Of a stretch of DNA of 64,000 bases, positions 1 through 8,698 are shown piece after piece. The notes below the pieces were generated by a model that did not search any database, was not told the origin of the DNA, and was given only the letters and a program-made list of their open reading frames with translations. Source of the DNA: a virus (taxonomy: Duplodnaviria > Caudoviricetes); the IMG/VR virus record IMGVR_UViG_3300021400_001148, positions 160,001 to 224,000 of that record; one strand, written 5' to 3'. Made by a program: the position numbers and the translations under genes. The stretch's first letter is position 1. Each line of letters starts with the position of its first letter.

Positions 1-6
1 CCTGTT

Positions 7-591
7 TTGAAGAGACTGGTTGAGGCTGGACACAAGTTAATTCTTTTTACAATGCGAAGTTCTAAAAATGGAACCCTGCAAGACGCTGTCAATTGGTTTA
101 AAGAGAACAACATTCCATTATATGGTGTAAACACTAATCCAACACAAAGTGAGTGGACTGATTCACCAAAAGCACATTGCAATGTATACATTGACGATGC
201 TGGTTTTGGTATGCCGGTGAAATTCGATTCTGAAAGTAGAAGAAGATATGTCGACTGGGAAAAATTGGAAAGTATGCTAGAAGAAGAAGGAATATTAGAA
301 TCAGAAAATAATGATAATATGAGAAAAGTGCAAATAACGGAATCAGTTCTTCGGTCGATAATCGAAGAAAGTGTAAAGAGGATACTTGAATCCACCGATG
401 AGAAAGCAGTCTCTAAGGCACAGCAAAGATTTTTCGGTATGGTCCACGCATATCAAAATGGAGATATGCCCAATGCCAGCAAGTCAATAAAAGACGCTGC
501 TGACAGTATGACAGATGATGAAGTGGAGGATTTTGCATCTACAAAACACAAAGGCCTCCCGAATCATGTGAAAAAGAGTAAGAAAAAATAA
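7..591 (+). CDS. HAD-like hydrolase (5' end probably outside window) fused via the leader motif to a DUF3008-like C-terminal domain
   Basis: LILFTMRS...YIDDAG HAD motifs; internal MRKVQITESVLRSIIEESVKRILES; C-terminal SKAQQRFFG...FASTKHKGLP resembles DUF3008. Confidence 0.6.
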   Translation: MKRLVEAGHKLILFTMRSSKNGTLQDAVNWFKENNIPLYGVNTNPTQSEWTDSPKAHCNVYIDDAGFGMPVKFDSESRRRYVDWEKLESMLEEEGILESENNDNMRKVQITESVLRSIIEESVKRILESTDEKAVSKAQQRFFGMVHAYQNGDMPNASKSIKDAADSMTDDEVEDFASTKHKGLPNHVKKSKKK

Positions 592-603
592 GTACCTAAT
601 TAA

Positions 604-634
604 AAAAACCCACGGCCCAGACCGCGGGTTTTTC
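604..634. terminator. bidirectional intrinsic terminator
   Basis: aaaacccacgg...ccgcgggtttt hairpin with A/T tails between convergent genes. Confidence 0.65.
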
Positions 635-847
635 TTAAACTTTGTTGTATACTTGCTGGCGTGGCCTCAGGATATCAAACCCAAATCGTTCTTCTTTAGC
701 AATCAATCTTCCAAAAACGCCCTGGTAGTAATCATCAACCATTCCTTCATTGTAATAAATCACACCGTTTACAACTGAAAGGTCCGTACCAGCCGGCACT
801 GTATTTTCCCCAATTTTATAGGGTTTAAAAAAGTAATACCTCTTCAT
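635..847 (-). CDS. hypothetical protein
   Basis: 70 aa ORF, last gene of the minus-strand run, ends at the terminator. Confidence 0.6.
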   Translation of the reverse strand: MKRYYFFKPYKIGENTVPAGTDLSVVNGVIYYNEGMVDDYYQGVFGRLIAKEERFGFDILRPRQQVYNKV

Positions 848-876
848 GCTTTTTCTTTTAATGTAGTTATTTCTCG

Positions 877-1770
877 TTAAAAATCAATATTTGAGATGCC
901 GGCGTCAACCTCTATCTCGTGTATAACTCGCTCCATTATTAGTTCCTTTAATTTTACAACTTCATATTCACCAGATTCCTTAATCCATATAAGCCGTTTT
1001 CCGAAAACCTTCACACCTTTATCGCGTAAAGCCTTTTCGTACAAAGTTTGCTGAACCTCGTAGTGATTTTTGGGGTTATCAAGTAAATATTCGAGCCCCC
1101 TTATCATTTTTTTATTATTGAAGTTCTTATATAGGTCAGCATTGGTTTTCCAGTCGAACATTACCGTTCCTCGCTTTCCGTTTATTTCTGTATAAAAAAG
1201 AAGGTCAAATGTGCCGGCATAAAGTATGGTTCCATCTTTCGCTTCTGTATATACCTGTGTCTCGGCAAGTATTGGCACATATGAATCCGGTACGGCAAGC
1301 CAGAACTTTACTATTGCATCTTCGAAACCACCGTTCGAATAAAACCTCCCATCAGGGAGAAGCCGGTCTCTATATTCCGGCAGAATGCCATCATAATCCC
1401 CCACCATATAATGCATACAACTTTCCCCAAAGGCGTGGGCTATTGTGCCCCTGTCGGTTGCCGCTTTAGCATTGTCGGCCCATGACTTTTTAATTTGAGC
1501 AGCGGTCATATGATAGTACTCAGAAGATTCATCATTAAAGTGTTTTTCTGCACAAAATTTTGATATTCGTTCTGAATCGAACGGAACTACAAATTTTTCC
1601 ACCATTGATGAAACAGATGGGATATTTTGACCATTCAGTGTATAAGTGTGAGGCCCCTCATCAAAGACAAGCCCCTTGAAGGCGTCTTTAATGAGGGTTC
1701 TCTGTACTACGCAGGCAGGACTATTATACTTCTCCCGCCACGGTCTCTCTGTGTTGTCCAGATAAAGCAC
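877..1770 (-). CDS. PD-(D/E)xK exonuclease (Cas4/RecB-like phage exonuclease)
   Basis: PSVS, GTIAH, YAGTFDLL, DWKT and QQTLY motifs. Confidence 0.75.
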   Translation of the reverse strand: MLYLDNTERPWREKYNSPACVVQRTLIKDAFKGLVFDEGPHTYTLNGQNIPSVSSMVEKFVVPFDSERISKFCAEKHFNDESSEYYHMTAAQIKKSWADNAKAATDRGTIAHAFGESCMHYMVGDYDGILPEYRDRLLPDGRFYSNGGFEDAIVKFWLAVPDSYVPILAETQVYTEAKDGTILYAGTFDLLFYTEINGKRGTVMFDWKTNADLYKNFNNKKMIRGLEYLLDNPKNHYEVQQTLYEKALRDKGVKVFGKRLIWIKESGEYEVVKLKELIMERVIHEIEVDAGISNIDF

Positions 1771-2140
1771 TTTTCTCTTTCCTAATATTGTCTATTTTTT
1801 CTTTAAGGAGCCTTTGCTCGAGTTTTTCGATAATGATATCACCATGGCAAGGCTCAGGTTTGCAGTAGCATTCTAAATAAATATCCTCACCGTTTTTGTA
1901 TTTTTCATAAAGAATATCTACCGCCCGTTTAAACTTAACATTGGATTTATACATCAAGTCAAAGTAATGGGAATAATTTTTTATTGCTTCTTCTCTTGTT
2001 TTGACTTGATATATGGCTTTGGTCTTTTCGAGTTTCAAGTGTGTGTATGGATTACCCAAAACACTGCCCCGGTAAATTGGTATATTATTCTTCTCTGCTT
2101 GGTGGTTCTCTAATTTTCTATTATATACTACTATTCCCAT
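1724..2140 (-). CDS. DUF4326 family protein
   Basis: YRGSVLGNPY and LECYCKPEPCHGDII signatures. Confidence 0.75.
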   Translation of the reverse strand: MGIVVYNRKLENHQAEKNNIPIYRGSVLGNPYTHLKLEKTKAIYQVKTREEAIKNYSHYFDLMYKSNVKFKRAVDILYEKYKNGEDIYLECYCKPEPCHGDIIIEKLEQRLLKEKIDNIRKEKSALSGQHRETVAGEV

Positions 2141-2594
2141 GTTTTCTTTTTCTCCTCAGTTCAGTAGCGTTACCGTTATAAACAACCTCGTATTCATCAA
2201 GAGTATTTTCCAGAAAATCTCTAACAATAATAACTGATTTGTCGCCTTTAGGGTCACCCAAATCCACATTTATCTTGTATTCTGGCTCTAAAACCCAGAG
2301 ATTTTCATCAAGAAATGACCAGCCGCCTTTATCACCAAGATTAGTATCAATAGTACCTTCGGTTCCTTTCTTGATATGCCCAATCATTAGTTGTCTCGGA
2401 TTGTCTTCTGAAATTGTTACTTCAATTTCATATTTCTCTCCGCCAGACCCATTAAGAAATGCCCGTTTGTTAAGTGGAGTGACTGGATGGCCAAAATCCT
2501 CTTGGAAATAGACTGATGCAATTATTTCATCAGCGGTAATGCCGGTAATAATAACTTCTTGTAGCCAATACCAAAATCTAAGTCTGTATGTCAT
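2121..2594 (-). CDS. hypothetical protein
   Basis: 157 aa ORF packed in operon. Confidence 0.55.
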   Translation of the reverse strand: MTYRLRFWYWLQEVIITGITADEIIASVYFQEDFGHPVTPLNKRAFLNGSGGEKYEIEVTISEDNPRQLMIGHIKKGTEGTIDTNLGDKGGWSFLDENLWVLEPEYKINVDLGDPKGDKSVIIVRDFLENTLDEYEVVYNGNATELRRKRKHGNSSI

Positions 2595-2600
2595 AATGTT

Positions 2601-3359
2601 TTAGTTTGTTCTATCATACCTATGTTCTTCAACTTCAATAACCAGTGGCTCGTACACCATTTGATACCCCTCGTTTTTTACGGACAGACAAGCAATGGCC
2701 GTACCATCTTTTTCCTCTAATGTGTGACTGCTACTATGTATATGACCATGAAAGGCATAACGCGGTTTTTTGGATACAATAGCAGAAGCCAGTGGTTTGT
2801 TGCCTGCATCCTTACCCTTGTACCGGCCTTCGCTGATTAGGCCATAAGGAGGGATTGCGGGGGCGTCGTGCGTAAGAAGAATATCCACATCACCCGGTAT
2901 ATTATCAAATGCCACGGTTAATTTTTCATCATCAATCATAAAAGCCCAACCACCAAAGATTTTACACCAAGGGGTACCATAAATTTTCAACCATTCATCA
3001 CACTTTTCAAAACGATATTCTTGGTCGAAAAGATATACAAGTCTACCCTTACAAGGTTTAATTACATCCGGCCATATGGCGCTATATCCACCAGTGTTGT
3101 ACGGCTGTGACTCCTGCTCCAACCAAAAATCATGATTTCCGGCGATAAAAATCACTTTACTGTACTCGTCGGCAAACGGAAGCCCCATTACCCACGGTAC
3201 GAAAACATCCATAAACCATTTATGTTGACCTTCAGCATCAAGAAACCTATCCCAAGAAAAGTTAGGTGCGACATCCCCACCAATCAGTAGGATATCAAAT
3301 GTTTCTTCTATTTTTGGGAGGTCACCATGTGTGTCGCTTATTCCAATTACTTTAAGCAT
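2601..3359 (-). CDS. calcineurin-like metallophosphoesterase
   Basis: SDTHG, GGD, GNHD, LLTH, HGHIH. Confidence 0.9.
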   Translation of the reverse strand: MLKVIGISDTHGDLPKIEETFDILLIGGDVAPNFSWDRFLDAEGQHKWFMDVFVPWVMGLPFADEYSKVIFIAGNHDFWLEQESQPYNTGGYSAIWPDVIKPCKGRLVYLFDQEYRFEKCDEWLKIYGTPWCKIFGGWAFMIDDEKLTVAFDNIPGDVDILLTHDAPAIPPYGLISEGRYKGKDAGNKPLASAIVSKKPRYAFHGHIHSSSHTLEEKDGTAIACLSVKNEGYQMVYEPLVIEVEEHRYDRTN

Positions 3360-5017
3360 TCTAATTTCTTTGATTTTGCCAGATTATTTTCAAAAGTGCT
3401 GATAGTCCTATTTCTATCACGAGTGTACTGGACCCCCCATTTTTTTTCCTTGTTTATCTTACTCAGGCGGTCATTATATTCTTTATATCGTCCCAAAACA
3501 TATTCAAGTGAAAGGAATTTATAGTGCAAAAGGAATACACTATTTCCAGTATACCATTGTATGCTCCCAATCGGGGAACAATTGTGCGCCCCGGCAGAAT
3601 ATTTTATATCCTTAATGGCGTTTGGGTTGAATATCGTGACTTTTCGGAAAGTTTTATCCGGAAAACCGTTCGGTATCTGTTCCCACATAAGGCCCTTACC
3701 TTCTATTGGGAACGCTTCCGAAACCATGTTATAACCGAACGGCTTACAGATGGTTTCACCGCGGGCTTTCATTTTTTCAAGTTCATTTCTAATACCATTG
3801 GGTGAATACATGAATTCATCCAAATCGCACACCACAACAAAATCAGCCTTTCCCCTTGATGCTTTCCAAACCTCATTTTTCAGTCTTCGGTGGATATCGT
3901 CATTGAACCCATCACTGGAAAACTCCACTATATGAACATTGGGGATTTTTGAGAGGTATTCTTTTGAGCCGTCTGTTGAATTATTGTCGAGAACAAAAAC
4001 TTCATCTGCAATGGTTTTCCAATACTCAACGGCAAACGGTAAAATTTTTATCTCATTGTAACACAATGTATACAAATGGACCGTAAGATTTTTCCCTTTA
4101 TTACTCGGTTTTTCATACAATGACGGTACGGGAAATAAACTATCCAATGCGTGGTTCACTTCCACCTTTGTTTTCTCAAAGTCAGTAACCCCGGAGTCAT
4201 TTATGCAAAGTAGTTTACTTCTGTTTTGTTTAATCCTTTCGACAGCCGCACGCGTAATTCCGTGTTCAAAACTGATATATACAGAAGTTGTTTTTGGGTT
4301 TTTCACACTCTTTTTCTTGATTAGGTCATAGAATGAAAAAAGGTATTGATTGTAGCATTCTCTCGTCCTGAACCTTCCTATCTTGCGTTTAATTTCTTCG
4401 CCGCATTTTTCCCAAACCTCAATGTAACTGCTTCTCGTAAGAGGGTTCACCATGTGTTTTGGCATAATGCGACTGAAATTGATATGTGAACCACTGGCTT
4501 TTTTTGCTAAAAGAAATGAATTCTGAAGTTGAGCCTCATATTCTGAATTTCTTACATCGTATTGGGTGTTGGTTAACGAGTAGTTCAAAACAGGGCGGCC
4601 ATCAACGAAAAAGTCTGTTTCTTCACACTTACTAGAAACAAATGTATCATCATTAGCATAAATAAACCGTTCAGATATCCCCGGAATAAAACCCAAAAAC
4701 ATCTCGATGGTGGTTGAACAGAATGTGGGGAGGTATTCTTCCGGTATAAAATCTTTGTGTAAAACCACTTTTACCTTGTTTCGATTCACCCATTCCGGTA
4801 CTTGTGATTCACTGGATACAACCAAAAACACATTACCAATGAACGGGAGGTTGTCCTGAACCCCCCGAAGATTGTATTTGAGATTGTCCCATGACCTGAA
4901 ACGCTCTTCTAATTTTGAAAAATCCACAACTGAGTTGGTAGAATATTTTTCAAAAGTTTCCAACCATTCAGGGTCAGAGGAATCAACATATGTCACAACA
5001 TAGTCGATTTTTTCCAT
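3347..5017 (-). CDS. Stealth-family sugar-phosphotransferase fused to a GT2-like glycosyltransferase
   Basis: Stealth CR1 IDYVVTYVD, CR2 LKYNLR...LPTF..TTIE...FIYANDD, CR4 LCIND; C-terminal YNE..LP, DNNSTDGS, VCDLDEF, LLHYK. Confidence 0.85.
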   Translation of the reverse strand: MEKIDYVVTYVDSSDPEWLETFEKYSTNSVVDFSKLEERFRSWDNLKYNLRGVQDNLPFIGNVFLVVSSESQVPEWVNRNKVKVVLHKDFIPEEYLPTFCSTTIEMFLGFIPGISERFIYANDDTFVSSKCEETDFFVDGRPVLNYSLTNTQYDVRNSEYEAQLQNSFLLAKKASGSHINFSRIMPKHMVNPLTRSSYIEVWEKCGEEIKRKIGRFRTRECYNQYLFSFYDLIKKKSVKNPKTTSVYISFEHGITRAAVERIKQNRSKLLCINDSGVTDFEKTKVEVNHALDSLFPVPSLYEKPSNKGKNLTVHLYTLCYNEIKILPFAVEYWKTIADEVFVLDNNSTDGSKEYLSKIPNVHIVEFSSDGFNDDIHRRLKNEVWKASRGKADFVVVCDLDEFMYSPNGIRNELEKMKARGETICKPFGYNMVSEAFPIEGKGLMWEQIPNGFPDKTFRKVTIFNPNAIKDIKYSAGAHNCSPIGSIQWYTGNSVFLLHYKFLSLEYVLGRYKEYNDRLSKINKEKKWGVQYTRDRNRTISTFENNLAKSKKLECLK

Positions 5018-5020
5018 AAC

Positions 5021-5425
5021 TTATTTCGAGCATGTTATATACCACGGGCATAGCGGATTCCAAGGGGTCCAAGGGGTGACACCTGGCACATTTGTCGGGG
5101 GATAAGGTGAAGTTGTGTCTGGCCGCTGTGAACTTTCCAGTATAGACAGTCTGAGTGAGAGGGTAGCAATTTGTTGACTAAGTTCCTCAATTTTCTTCAT
5201 TACCCGCTCTTCCGGGTCTTGCGGAGCATTAGCCGGTTCGGGATTAAGATATGGTTTGAGTGCTTCAAAAAACTCATCAAATCTGCTTGGTGTTGGCGAG
5301 GCAACATCTGTTTTTGTCAGTTCCCTCCCATCGGAAAGTTTGAGTGTTAGTGTACAGTTAAAGGTCCCTAATTGAATGTTGGGTATTACTTTGTACTCAG
5401 AATCAATAATGCGTATTTCTTCCAT
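5021..5425 (-). CDS. hypothetical protein
   Basis: ORF; start moved to MEEIRII because the promoter motif at 5444-5451 overlaps the longer start. Confidence 0.55.
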   Translation of the reverse strand: MEEIRIIDSEYKVIPNIQLGTFNCTLTLKLSDGRELTKTDVASPTPSRFDEFFEALKPYLNPEPANAPQDPEERVMKKIEELSQQIATLSLRLSILESSQRPDTTSPYPPTNVPGVTPWTPWNPLCPWYITCSK

Positions 5426-5443
5426 GTTGTTACTTGTTTTTTG

Positions 5444-5452
5444 CAAATATAC
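5444..5452 (-). promoter_or_regulatory. Bacteroidetes-type -7 promoter element GTATATTTG; same motif at 6067, 9651, 10726, 12742, 35766, 40178, 44497, 47349, 55407
   Basis: Ten CAAATATAC copies on + strand, each just upstream of a minus-strand gene start; matches TAnnTTTG. Confidence 0.8.
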
Positions 5453-5473
5453 AAAAAATAGCGGAGATATCCG

Positions 5474-5917
5474 CTATTGTAAAAGGTTTTTTACGATTTT
5501 TGAAATTACTTGTCCTGAGGCAGTGCCGGCCATTTGTTTATTGGCAAGTCCCATGACCTTTCCCATATCCCTAATAGAGGTTGCACCAACATCAGAAATG
5601 ATTTTCTTGATACTTTTTGTAATTTCTTCTTCAGAAAGTTGTTTCGGGAGATATTCTTCGAGGTACCTGTTTTCAGATAATTCTTTCTCAGCCAAATCCG
5701 GGCGGTTTGCGTTTTGATATATTTCGGCCGACTCGCGATGCTGTTTAACCAGTTTCTGGATGAGTTTCAGAACAACATCATCAGTTGCATCCTTGTTTGC
5801 CCCGGAGGTCTTGTAAACTTGTATCTCGTTTTTAATGGCTTTCACAGCAGACAGCCTGTCAGTATTTCGCTCTTTTGTAGCGGCAATAATGTCCTGTTGA
5901 ATTTTCTCTTCTAGCAT
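5474..5917 (-). CDS. GatB/YqeY domain protein
   Basis: KLVKQHRESAEIY..ANRPDLAEKE, YLPKQLSEEE, DMGKVMG; start MLEEKIQ (longer ORF overlaps the tRNA-like gene). Confidence 0.9.
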   Translation of the reverse strand: MLEEKIQQDIIAATKERNTDRLSAVKAIKNEIQVYKTSGANKDATDDVVLKLIQKLVKQHRESAEIYQNANRPDLAEKELSENRYLEEYLPKQLSEEEITKSIKKIISDVGATSIRDMGKVMGLANKQMAGTASGQVISKIVKNLLQ

Positions 5918-5938
5918 ACAAATGAATCTTTTTAACTG

Positions 5939-6058
5939 AGCCAGAGGGAGGATTCGAACCTCCAACCTACGGTTTGTTCAATAATTTTAAAAATTGCTGT
6001 TAGCCTCCGTATTTACCAAAGGCATTTATCCGCCGCTCTACCGTTGAGCTACTCTGGC
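5939..6058 (-). tRNA. tRNA-Thr-like gene with ~47 nt insertion in the anticodon arm (anticodon not assignable)
   Basis: GCCAGAG/CTCTGGC acceptor, GCTC-AACGGTA-GAGC D arm, GGAGG-TTCGAAT-CCTCC T arm; 120 nt; own promoter at 6067; no encoded CCA. Confidence 0.8.
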
Positions 6059-6079
6059 TAGTGTTACAAATATACAAAA

Positions 6080-6286
6080 TTAATTGGAATTCTCAAGTGC
6101 ATCCATCAATTCTGATGTTTCTTTTAGAAGTTTTCTCATTATTCTTTTGACTGCAATGTCGCTGTTTTCGGTAGTTTGGGAAACAACATCCCCACATACA
6201 ACTACAGGTTTAATTATGCACTCTTCAAGAATGTTACTGTTCAATTTCTCGGCTTCCATTTTCAGTGATTTTAAAAACTTTACCAT
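6080..6286 (-). CDS. hypothetical protein
   Basis: 68 aa ORF overlapping the end of the upstream gene. Confidence 0.35.
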   Translation of the reverse strand: MVKFLKSLKMEAEKLNSNILEECIIKPVVVCGDVVSQTTENSDIAVKRIMRKLLKETSELMDALENSN

Positions 6287-6698
6287 CTACAAGTCTTTTC
6301 CATTTTCTTGCAGCAAATTCAGGACTGAGGTGTTCAGACATTCGTTTGACCTGCTTTTCTGCGCACTCTTGACAGACAGTACGATACCATTTATTAATTA
6401 TCATACCGACATTCTTTTTTGTACCACAATCTTCGCAAGTGTGTGACGCTTCTTCTCGGGCCGCAGCTACCATATCGTTGAATTTTTTAACTACATCAGA
6501 TGGCACTCCATCAAAATGGAGGTATATTTCAAGTCCACCCCATTTTTCTTTAATTTGAGCGATTTCAATGTTTCCGCCCTTGGATTGTGAGTTGTATTCT
6601 TCAATAGATTTAACAACCGGCTCTACTATTTTAAACCAGCCCTCACCAATTTCCCACCCGAAAAGTTCGTATGGGGTTTTCAATTCATCATTTCTCAT
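6234..6698 (-). CDS. conserved phage hypothetical protein with Zn-ribbon
   Basis: GEGWFKIV, QIKEKWGGL, CEDCG...CQEC. Confidence 0.65.
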   Translation of the reverse strand: MRNDELKTPYELFGWEIGEGWFKIVEPVVKSIEEYNSQSKGGNIEIAQIKEKWGGLEIYLHFDGVPSDVVKKFNDMVAAAREEASHTCEDCGTKKNVGMIINKWYRTVCQECAEKQVKRMSEHLSPEFAARKWKRLVDGKVFKITENGSREIEQ

Positions 6699-7249
6699 GC
6701 AAACCTTTGTTTAAACAGTAATTCATCCTCAATATCTTCACCTGATGCGGTACGAAATTTCCATCCTTTTGGGGCGAGACAAATGGTTGGAAGCCCTAAT
6801 TTGTCAGCAGCCTTTAGTGCGGCCTCATCAATTCCAGTCTGTCCGCCAGACCTCACGCAATAGAAGATAATGCCTTTCTCTTTGAAACGCAAGAGGATAT
6901 TGTAAATCATTTCATCAAGCCTAGACTGACTAATACCATATTTTGAGAATGTGTACATTCCATTTCCTGCTACGTTCAAAATGACCCCTCTCAAGTTTTT
7001 ACTTATGAGTTGTTTCATTTTTTCGAAGCATTGATTCAGAGTGTCTTTTTCTGATGAGGAAATCTTCCCACGCTCATTAATATGAATCATAAAAAAAGGT
7101 GTGGCAGAGTCTTCGGCAAACTTCTTTGTTGCTTTTTCGCCATATGTGGTGTCATCAATAGCAAATGCTATTGTGATGTCTGACATCACAACATTGAGCC
7201 TAGTTCTGGACTGATATCCATATTTCACATCTTCACCGAACCGTATCAT
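6695..7249 (-). CDS. SLOG-superfamily (MoCo-carrier/YpsA-like) nucleotide-binding protein
   Basis: RTRLNV..SDITIAF, LNVAGN, SGGQTGIDEAAL. Confidence 0.7.
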   Translation of the reverse strand: MIRFGEDVKYGYQSRTRLNVVMSDITIAFAIDDTTYGEKATKKFAEDSATPFFMIHINERGKISSSEKDTLNQCFEKMKQLISKNLRGVILNVAGNGMYTFSKYGISQSRLDEMIYNILLRFKEKGIIFYCVRSGGQTGIDEAALKAADKLGLPTICLAPKGWKFRTASGEDIEDELLFKQRFA

Positions 7250-8664
7250 TTCTGTATTGGTTTAAGGCCCATTTCTAGGGCTTTCTCGAGCATAAGTTTC
7301 TCCGCTTCTTCGAAATTGTTTCCTATTTTTCCATCAAGAATAGCATCCTTTACAAACTCCTTGATGATTTTAATCTCCTTCCCGGGGCCAATACCAAAGG
7401 TTTCCATAATATGAAAACCATCAATGGGATTCTTGAAATTACGGATAGCATCTTTAGCCTCAACCTCTTTCATATGTTCTTCGATGATGAGGATATTATT
7501 GTATATCTTCTGCCGTTTTGACTCATATCTTGTAGTCACATCACATTTAGCAAGAATCATCAAATCATCAATATCGTCCCCCGCGTCGAATAGCAGTCTC
7601 CTGATTGCAGAGTCAGTCACACCTTCTTCGGCGAGGGTTGTAGGACGCATATGCATCTCCACCATCTTTTTCACAAACGCCATCCTTCCGTCAGTCGGCA
7701 TTTTCATCCTCTGGAAAATCTTTTCCACCATCTTGGCACCAGCACCAGCGTGGTCATAAAATGTCCAGCCAATTCCGCCTATAAATTTTCTAGTTGGAAC
7801 CTTCCCAATGTCGTGGAGAAGAGCCGCCCAGCGTAGCCAGAGATTGTCACTTTTCTGTGTTACATTCCACAGCACTTGGAGTGTATGCTCGAAAATGTCT
7901 TTGTGACCTTTATCTTGCGGGAGTTTGAGTGCTTCCACCTCTGGTAAAATCAATTCAAGTAATCCGCACTCACTAAGAATTCTCACACCGTCAGATGCAT
8001 ATGGGGTAGAGAGAGTTTTATTCACTTCATCAACAATTCTTTCCTTTGTCAGAATCTCGTTGCGATATGAATTCCGTTTCATCGCCTCAAATGTTGGGGT
8101 ATCGAAATGAAACACTTTTCTGGGACTGGATAATTTACATTTGAATCTTACTGCTCGATAAATTCTGAGAGGGTCCTCGGAGAATCGTTCGTCGGGAGCC
8201 CCAACACACTTGATAACCCCATTCTCCAAATCCTCAAGTCCACCAAATTTATCTATCAACTGGCCAAAGGTCTCCTTGTTGATTGAAATGGCCATTGCAT
8301 TGATGGTGAAGTCTCTTCTTGACAAATCGTCGTCCAAAGTCCCATTATCGACAATTGGTTTCCTTGAGCCTCTTTTGTAAAATTCCTTCCGGCACCCAAC
8401 AAATTCAACTTCACCATCTCCATAGTGAACCTTTGCGGTACCAAAGTTTTCATACAAATCTACTTTCCCACCAACAATTTTTCCAAAAGCGGTTGCGGTT
8501 GCAAGGCCATTGCCCTCCACAACAATATCAATGTCGTCATTCGGCCTCCCAAGGAAATAATCCCGGACAAAACCACCAACAACATATCCATTTACACCAA
8601 GATTTTCGCAAACCTCAGAAAGGGTTTGAAAAACCGGATTTTTAATTGCTTTTTTATAATACAT
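7246..8664 (-). CDS. cca: CCA tRNA nucleotidyltransferase with HD domain
   Basis: VGGFVRD, DIDI, RRDFTINAMA, EDPLRI.RA.RF, ALLHDIGK. Confidence 0.92.
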   Translation of the reverse strand: MYYKKAIKNPVFQTLSEVCENLGVNGYVVGGFVRDYFLGRPNDDIDIVVEGNGLATATAFGKIVGGKVDLYENFGTAKVHYGDGEVEFVGCRKEFYKRGSRKPIVDNGTLDDDLSRRDFTINAMAISINKETFGQLIDKFGGLEDLENGVIKCVGAPDERFSEDPLRIYRAVRFKCKLSSPRKVFHFDTPTFEAMKRNSYRNEILTKERIVDEVNKTLSTPYASDGVRILSECGLLELILPEVEALKLPQDKGHKDIFEHTLQVLWNVTQKSDNLWLRWAALLHDIGKVPTRKFIGGIGWTFYDHAGAGAKMVEKIFQRMKMPTDGRMAFVKKMVEMHMRPTTLAEEGVTDSAIRRLLFDAGDDIDDLMILAKCDVTTRYESKRQKIYNNILIIEEHMKEVEAKDAIRNFKNPIDGFHIMETFGIGPGKEIKIIKEFVKDAILDGKIGNNFEEAEKLMLEKALEMGLKPIQK

Positions 8665-8698
8665 AAAATTTTTGCTGTAAATTTAATGAGAAAAAACT

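Noticed and set aside
877-1770. CRISPR-associated Cas4
   Set aside because: No Fe-S cysteine cluster pattern, array or other cas genes; a common stand-alone phage exonuclease.
5918-5965. N-terminal extension of YqeY
   Set aside because: Overlaps the tRNA-like gene; the YqeY domain starts at 5917.
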